Positions 58,601 through 64,000 of a stretch of DNA of 64,000 nucleotides are shown here, piece after piece. The stretch lies in NCBI RefSeq assembly GCF_030013595.1, contig NZ_CP122768.1. One strand, 5' to 3'. Each line of letters opens with the position of its first letter. The first letter of the stretch is position 1. Source of the stretch: Escherichia coli (GTDB lineage Bacteria; Pseudomonadota; Gammaproteobacteria; Enterobacterales; Enterobacteriaceae). Both the position numbers and the translations under genes were made by a program. Below the pieces are notes generated by a model. It worked only from the letters and a program-made list of their open reading frames with translations, ran no database searches and was not told the origin of the DNA.

Positions 58601-60339
58601 TCAGGGAAATGCTGATAAATCTGTGTCACCCGCCGGGGATGCGCCGCCAGTTCATAATGCAGACGGATGCACGGACGCTGCTGTTCACCGCTGATTTGCG
58701 TGATGCGCCCCAGCTCGTCGTAGTACAGATTCAGACAGTTGCTGTTGCGGTCGCCCAGCATTTTCAGCCGCTGGCGCTGCGGGTGATGCGGGTCGGCCTC
58801 AAACAGAAAAAACTGCCCGTCATCGCTGCTGATAAGCCAGTGCCCCTGCTCACCCCGCCTTACCGCCAGTCCTTCGCCGGGGCTGTAAAACCCGCTCCCC
58901 GGCAGCACGGCCTCCATATCCAGGCGTCGTCCCATGCCCGACACAAAGGTCATACAGTTTTCGTCAGCAGTACCCGGCGTGCGCTCGAGGCTGACTTCAT
59001 ACATCACGCTCCAGCCCTGCCCGAACATCCCTTCCGTGCGGTCGTCACGACTGCTGTACACGCGCTGCCAGTCCAGCGGAAAGTGGCCCGGCAGACTGAA
59101 ATCGAAGTCATCGTCATCCGCCAGATATTTGGCTCCGGTGGCGGCATTGACCGGATGCGGAAGGGCACTGATGGCCTTCTGCGTCATCACCCCCATCCCG
59201 ACACTGGCAGCAAAACAGGCGATTTTAGAAAGCATTTTGCCCGGGCGAAGAAACATCAGCGCCACAGTTGCCACCAGGGTTATCTGCGACCTGCCGCTTC
59301 TGATATCCCTGACCACCAGTAACGGACCGCCAATGCGGACATCCGGTGACACAAACGCCCCGTTCCCCGGCTCATTCACCACCCAGGCCTCGCAGGTGCA
59401 GCGTGCCCCGCTGCGTGCCGCCGGCTGGCTGTTGATACGCACATCCCGCGCGCCTTCCGCGATATATTCCGCTGCGGGCGGTTCATCATCGCCTTTGAAC
59501 AGATTACTGATGCTGCCAATAACCGCATTCACTCCCTGAAAGGCGGTTTCCAGCATACCGCCCGGACTCAGCAGGTTAAGGGCCGTTCCCAGAGGGTCAT
59601 CCAGAAAGGCGGCTTTTTTTTGTGCGAGAAACTGCGTCAGTGAGGAGGGATGTTTATGGCAGTCGATTTTATCGTCAGGGGTCGGGGTGGAGCCCGGGGC
59701 CGCACTGGCCACGGTGGGCTGCCATAGTTCCGACACAAAATGTGTCACGCCATCCACCATTTCAGAACGCCCTTCTTCCGTACTGAGCTGGTCATGCAGC
59801 GCCCGGGACATCAGCACAGGCCCTGTCACCGGGTTAACCGCCAGGGCTATGGCCCCCGCCATTTCCAGATATTCCCCGGCCACATCCCGGAACGTTCTGG
59901 CGTCCTCCTGACGCTGCGCTTCTTCCTGTTCCGCCTTCGCCTGTGCCTCCTGCGCCTCAATGTCCTGCCGCGATGCCGCAGTCGCCGCTGCCCGCGCGGC
60001 AGGTTTGCTGTTGATCCATGTGTCGCCAGAGCCGGTGAGGATGTAACCTTCAATCTGAGGCGGGAAAAGCCAGTTCGCCAGTTGCTCACTTTCCCTACTG
60101 ATTCGGTCATTCCAGCCCTGATACGACATAAATACCGCTGTTGCTATACCGATCGCTAAAATGGTTGAGCAGCCCAGCGTTGCCACTTCAACTCCGCCCA
60201 GCGCCGCCATGGTTCCGACAACCAGAACATCCACCAGGGCTGTGGCGGCAACCTCTACAACTGCCCCCAGCACATCTGCCATAAACGACGTATGCAGCAG
60301 GGCATCACCCTGCCTTGCCGCCCAGAATGCCTCTTCCAT
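55687..60339 (-). CDS. Rhs-family polymorphic toxin: prePAAR motif, TM segments, split PAAR, RHS/YD-repeat shell, C-terminal toxin domain
   Basis: 1550 aa; [10 protein letters not shown] prePAAR motif at residues 7-16; PAAR signatures; [9 protein letters not shown] T6SS-effector N-domain motif; many YD repeats; core ends [27 protein letters not shown] followed by a 113-aa AT-rich tip; positionally equivalent to K-12 rhsC. Confidence 0.9.
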   Translation of the reverse strand: [1550 protein letters not shown]

Positions 60340-60357
60340 GTCCCGTTCCCTGTGTGA

Positions 60358-60567
60358 TTAATTCGTCCCGGCTTCCTGCCGCATCCTGAAGCGCAGATTC
60401 TTTTTAATTTCAGCCCAGCGCGTCATATCTGCCGGGGTCAGCGGTGTGGTTCTGGCGTAGGTGAAGGCCATCATGACCCGTTCACCCGGCAATACAAATG
60501 CCACCTGACACTGGTACACCTGCTCGTTACCCCGGAGAAACTGGCTCTGTATTTGCAAACCGCCTCA
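60358..60567 (-). pseudogene. truncated Eag/DUF1795-like T6SS effector chaperone remnant (C-terminal about 68 codons only)
   Basis: reading frame open only from an in-frame TGA at 60565-60567; no ATG (track uses TTG); C-terminal pattern resembles EagT6-type chaperones; ends 18 bp before the Rhs start. Confidence 0.4.
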
Positions 60568-61341
60568 TAGAGATAATATTCCGTCATAATAGAAGTCGTC
60601 CTTTTTAATAAATGAATTATTTATTGACAGGTTCTGTTTTTTAATCATGAATGTAATGTCTATCACCGCTTTACAGCACTCTTTATCTTTCAAGCCGTAA
60701 TCACTAATAACATTAAGCAATTACCCATATTTACAATGACCGGAACTGATATGCCGTTATGTATTTAACAATCCCAACATATTCACCATACCAATAAAAT
60801 CACGAGTAACAAACACGCTACCGCCTCCATATAAAAAATGGACAGCTTATAAAATTGCATCTTGCATAGAAAGGGCTGAGATATCGAGTGTATTTTAATT
60901 ATCAACTATAAATGTTGAATATTTTCATTAACAGAAACACATCTTATCCCATTAGATATGTTAACAATCAATTACTCTTAACATATCACTAAAGTATATA
61001 TTACTCTCTTTACTATCTACTTTTATTGCGGTAGCGATACAAATAGCAAAATTCGGAATTTATTTAGATGCAGGAATTAGAAAAAGGGATGGCGGCTTTC
61101 TCACCTTACCCTGAAGTTTCAGGAAAGTGTGTAAGGAAGGATGCAACCTAACTGGAGATTTCTGAGGATCTAGTTGCTTAGAGCGACAATGAAGGTGAAC
61201 GCATCCAGAGTAGTCCTATGAAAGGATACTATTGAAAATTGATGCTAAAACAGTGATTAAATGAACAACACCATGGAACCCGTTGATTCAAAACGCCTAA
61301 ACCAGCCCCCTGATACGAGGCTGGCTTAAACGCGCAGGCAA

Positions 61342-61548
61342 TCAGTAAAAATCACCAGTTGCCTTTTCGGCCTGATCCATCCACACCGGTTTCTCGCTGG
61401 TTTTCGACCAGACGCGGTGCAGGTAGCTGTAAAAGCGGGCGCGGTCTTTCCAGAAAAGCATGAAAGGCAGCGCCAGAACGCCCGCTGCAACCGCATAAGT
61501 ACGGCGTATAAAGATAAGCCATGCAGGATATTCTCTGTAGAGTTCCAT
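61342..61548 (-). CDS. ybfA: DUF2517 small protein YbfA
   Basis: 68 aa, matches remembered YbfA; sits between the rhs locus and kdp as in K-12. Confidence 0.85.
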   Translation of the reverse strand: MELYREYPAWLIFIRRTYAVAAGVLALPFMLFWKDRARFYSYLHRVWSKTSEKPVWMDQAEKATGDFY

Positions 61549-61761
61549 ACTTTTCTCCCCCTTTTGTATCTATCCGGTGAATGGCACCGGAAAAATGAAT
61601 TTGTTTATCTGATGAAAATAGTACCGCCTTTTGTGTAATTTTACTACTCATCCGACCACTTATTTTTGCTTATTGATGGTTTATTTACATTCACACTGTA
61701 ATTAAGTTACACAAAAGTTAAATTAATACTAACCATCAGTTAAATCATGGCTTTTGCCATT

Positions 61762-61778
61762 TTTATACTTTTTTTACA
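61762..61778 (+). promoter_or_regulatory. KdpE operator (TTTATA-N5-TTTACA direct repeats) in the kdpFABC promoter
   Basis: CATTTTTATACTTTTTTTACACCCC about 85 bp upstream of kdpF; KdpE site recalled from the literature. Confidence 0.55.
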
Positions 61779-61860
61779 CCCCGCCCGCAGATTTTTGCGA
61801 AATCTTTGCAGCCAGAATTCTACTCTTCCGGTATCACTTTTAGGCCACTGGAGGTGCACT

Positions 61861-61950
61861 GTGAGTGCAGGCGTGATAGCCGGCGTGTTGCTGGTGTTTT
61901 TATTACTGGGTTATCTGGTTTATGCCCTGATCAATGCGGAGGCGTTCTGA
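61861..61950 (+). CDS. kdpF: K+-transporting ATPase subunit F (29 aa, GTG start)
   Basis: hand-translated [29 protein letters not shown]; stop overlaps the kdpA ATG (TGATG). Confidence 0.85.
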   Translation: MSAGVIAGVLLVFLLLGYLVYALINAEAF

Positions 61951-63623
61951 TGGCTGCGCAAGGGTTCTTACTGATTGCCACGTTTTTACTGGTGTTAATG
62001 GTGCTGGCGCGTCCTTTAGGCAGCGGGCTGGCGCGGCTGATTAACGACATACCTCTTCCCGGTACAGCGGGCGTTGAACGTATACTCTTTCGTTTACCTG
62101 GCGTCTCTGACAGTGAGATGAACTGGAAGCAGTATCTCTCTGCCATTCTCGGCCTGAACATGCTGGGGCTGGCGGTGCTGTTTTTTATGTTGCTCGGTCA
62201 GCACTATCTGCCGCTTAATCCACAGCAGTTGCCAGGGCTGTCGTGGGATCTGGCGCTGAATACCGCCGTCAGCTTTGTCACCAATACCAACTGGCAATCT
62301 TATAGCGGTGAAACCACGTTGAGCTATTTCAGCCAGATGGCGGGCTTAACGGTACAAAACTTTCTTTCTGCCGCCAGCGGGATTGCGGTGATTTTTGCCC
62401 TCATTCGTGCGTTTACCCGCCAGAGCATGAGCACACTCGGGAATGTCTGGGTCGATCTGTTACGTATCACGTTATGGGTGCTAGTCCCTGTGGCGTTGTT
62501 GATCGCACTGTTTTTTATTCAACAAGGTGCACTGCAAAACTTTCTGCCCTATCAGGCGGTGAATACCGTTGAAGGAGCGAAACAGCTGTTACCCATGGGT
62601 CCGGTGGCTTCTCAGGAAGCGATAAAGATGCTCGGCACTAACGGCGGTGGCTTCTTTAATGCCAACTCGTCGCATCCGTTTGAAAACCCAACCGCACTGA
62701 CCAACTTCGTGCAGATGCTGGCGATCTTCTTGATCCCAACGGCACTGTGCTTTGCCTTTGGCGAAGTGGCGGGCGATCGCCGTCAGGGGCGCATGTTGCT
62801 GTGGGCGATGTCAGTGATTTTTGTCATCTGCGTAGGCGTGGTGATGTGGGCAGAAGTTCAGGGTAATCCTCATCTGCTGGCGCTGGGTGCGGACAGCAGC
62901 ATCAATATGGAAGGTAAAGAGAGCCGTTTCGGCGTGCTGGTCAGTAGCCTGTTTGCGGTCGTGACTACGGCGGCTTCCTGTGGCGCGGTGATTGCGATGC
63001 ATGATTCGTTTACCGCTCTCGGTGGCATGGTGCCGATGTGGCTGATGCAAATTGGTGAAGTGGTATTCGGCGGTGTCGGTTCTGGTCTTTACGGCATGAT
63101 GCTGTTTGTTCTGCTGGCGGTGTTTATTGCCGGGCTGATGATTGGTCGTACACCGGAATATCTGGGTAAAAAAATCGACGTACGTGAGATGAAACTGACC
63201 GCGCTGGCGATTCTGGTCACCCCGACGCTGGTGCTGATGGGCGCGGCGCTGGCGATGATGACCGACGCCGGACGTAGCGCCATGCTCAACCCTGGCCCGC
63301 ATGGTTTTAGCGAAATGCTGTACGCCGTGTCGTCCGCCGCTAACAACAACGGCAGCGCCTTTGCCGGATTAAGCACCAACTCTCCATTCTGGAACTGTTT
63401 GCTGGCGTTCTGCATGTTTGTCGGTCGCTTCGGGGTAATTATCCCGGTGATGGCAATTGCCGGTTCGTTGGTGAGTAAAAAGAGCCAACCCGCCAGCTCC
63501 GGCACGCTGCCAACGCACGGCCCGCTGTTTGTTGGCCTGTTAATCGGCACCGTGTTGCTGGTTGGCGCACTGACCTTTATCCCTGCCCTGGCGCTTGGTC
63601 CGGTGGCGGAATATCTCTCCTGA
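61950..63623 (+). CDS. kdpA: K+-transporting ATPase subunit A
   Basis: 557 aa from [16 protein letters not shown]; the track ORF is extended upstream in frame. Confidence 0.96.
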   Translation: MAAQGFLLIATFLLVLMVLARPLGSGLARLINDIPLPGTAGVERILFRLPGVSDSEMNWKQYLSAILGLNMLGLAVLFFMLLGQHYLPLNPQQLPGLSWDLALNTAVSFVTNTNWQSYSGETTLSYFSQMAGLTVQNFLSAASGIAVIFALIRAFTRQSMSTLGNVWVDLLRITLWVLVPVALLIALFFIQQGALQNFLPYQAVNTVEGAKQLLPMGPVASQEAIKMLGTNGGGFFNANSSHPFENPTALTNFVQMLAIFLIPTALCFAFGEVAGDRRQGRMLLWAMSVIFVICVGVVMWAEVQGNPHLLALGADSSINMEGKESRFGVLVSSLFAVVTTAASCGAVIAMHDSFTALGGMVPMWLMQIGEVVFGGVGSGLYGMMLFVLLAVFIAGLMIGRTPEYLGKKIDVREMKLTALAILVTPTLVLMGAALAMMTDAGRSAMLNPGPHGFSEMLYAVSSAANNNGSAFAGLSTNSPFWNCLLAFCMFVGRFGVIIPVMAIAGSLVSKKSQPASSGTLPTHGPLFVGLLIGTVLLVGALTFIPALALGPVAEYLS

Positions 63624-63645
63624 TGATATTGAGTGAGCACTGAAT

Positions 63646-64000
63646 ATGAGTCGTAAACAACTGGCGCTATTCGAACCAACACTTGTCCTTCAGGCGCTGA
63701 AAGAAGCGGTGAAAAAATTAAACCCGCAGGCGCAATGGCGCAATCCGGTGATGTTTATCGTCTGGATCGGCAGTCTGCTGACCACCTGTATTAGCATCGC
63801 GATGGCAAGCGGTGTGATGCCTGGCAATGCGCTGTTTAGCGCGGTAATTAGCGGCTGGCTGTGGGTCACCGTACTGTTCGCTAATTTCGCCGAGGCGTTG
63901 GCAGAAGGCCGCAGTAAAGCGCAGGCCAACAGTCTGAAAGGGGTGAAAAAAACTGCCTTTGCCCGCAAGCTGCGTGAGCCGAAATATGGCGCTGCGGCGG
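63646..64000 (+). CDS. kdpB: K+-transporting ATPase subunit B (P-type ATPase), 5' part only; runs off the window end
   Basis: [37 protein letters not shown]... continues past position 64000. Confidence 0.93.
   Translation, partial: MSRKQLALFEPTLVLQALKEAVKKLNPQAQWRNPVMFIVWIGSLLTTCISIAMASGVMPGNALFSAVISGWLWVTVLFANFAEALAEGRSKAQANSLKGVKKTAFARKLREPKYGAAA

Noticed and set aside
56515-59539. Several plus-strand ORFs of 200-290 aa rich in Arg, Pro and Val
   Set aside because: Antisense to the GC-rich Rhs repeat region; not independent genes.
61806-61949. N-terminal extension of the kdpA ORF
   Set aside because: kdpA starts at 61950 (MAAQGFLL); the upstream in-frame stretch overlaps the kdpF gene, which is read in a different frame from a GTG start.

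Overview
This window is an Escherichia coli-type chromosomal segment running from zitB to kdpB (the K-12 16-17 min region, here in reverse orientation). Conserved core, recognised from the ORF-track protein sequences and gene order: zitB, pnuC-nadA, the seven-gene lysT-type tRNA operon (5 tRNA-Lys, 2 tRNA-Val), cpoB-pal-tolBARQ-ybgC, ybgE-cydX-cydBA, sucDCBA-sdhBADC, gltA, the ybgDQPO chaperone-usher fimbrial operon, abrB, nei, pxpACB, ybgI, dtpD, phr-ybgA, ybfA and kdpFAB. Three accessory regions stand out. (1) About 15.8 kb between the cydA regulatory region and sucD, where K-12 carries mngR-mngAB: two low-GC ORFs with no recognisable family, a complete methylaspartate-pathway cluster (glmS-glmL-glmE-mal, a DUF1446/DUF4387-like pair, a dicarboxylate symporter, class I fumarase fumD, a btuR-like adenosyltransferase, a LysR regulator), and a stand-alone RtcB-family ligase paralogue. 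(2) An Rhs polymorphic toxin with a prePAAR motif and N-terminal transmembrane segments, an AT-rich C-terminal toxin tip plus immunity gene, and a truncated Eag (DUF1795)-like chaperone remnant upstream. (3) A SymE-family toxin homologue convergent with the Rhs immunity gene. No CRISPR array, IS element or integrase was seen. The best candidates for an undescribed system are the two-gene low-GC cassette at 14025-15472 and the LysR/RtcB-paralogue module. All calls rest on reading the sequence and on remembered family knowledge; no database search could be run.
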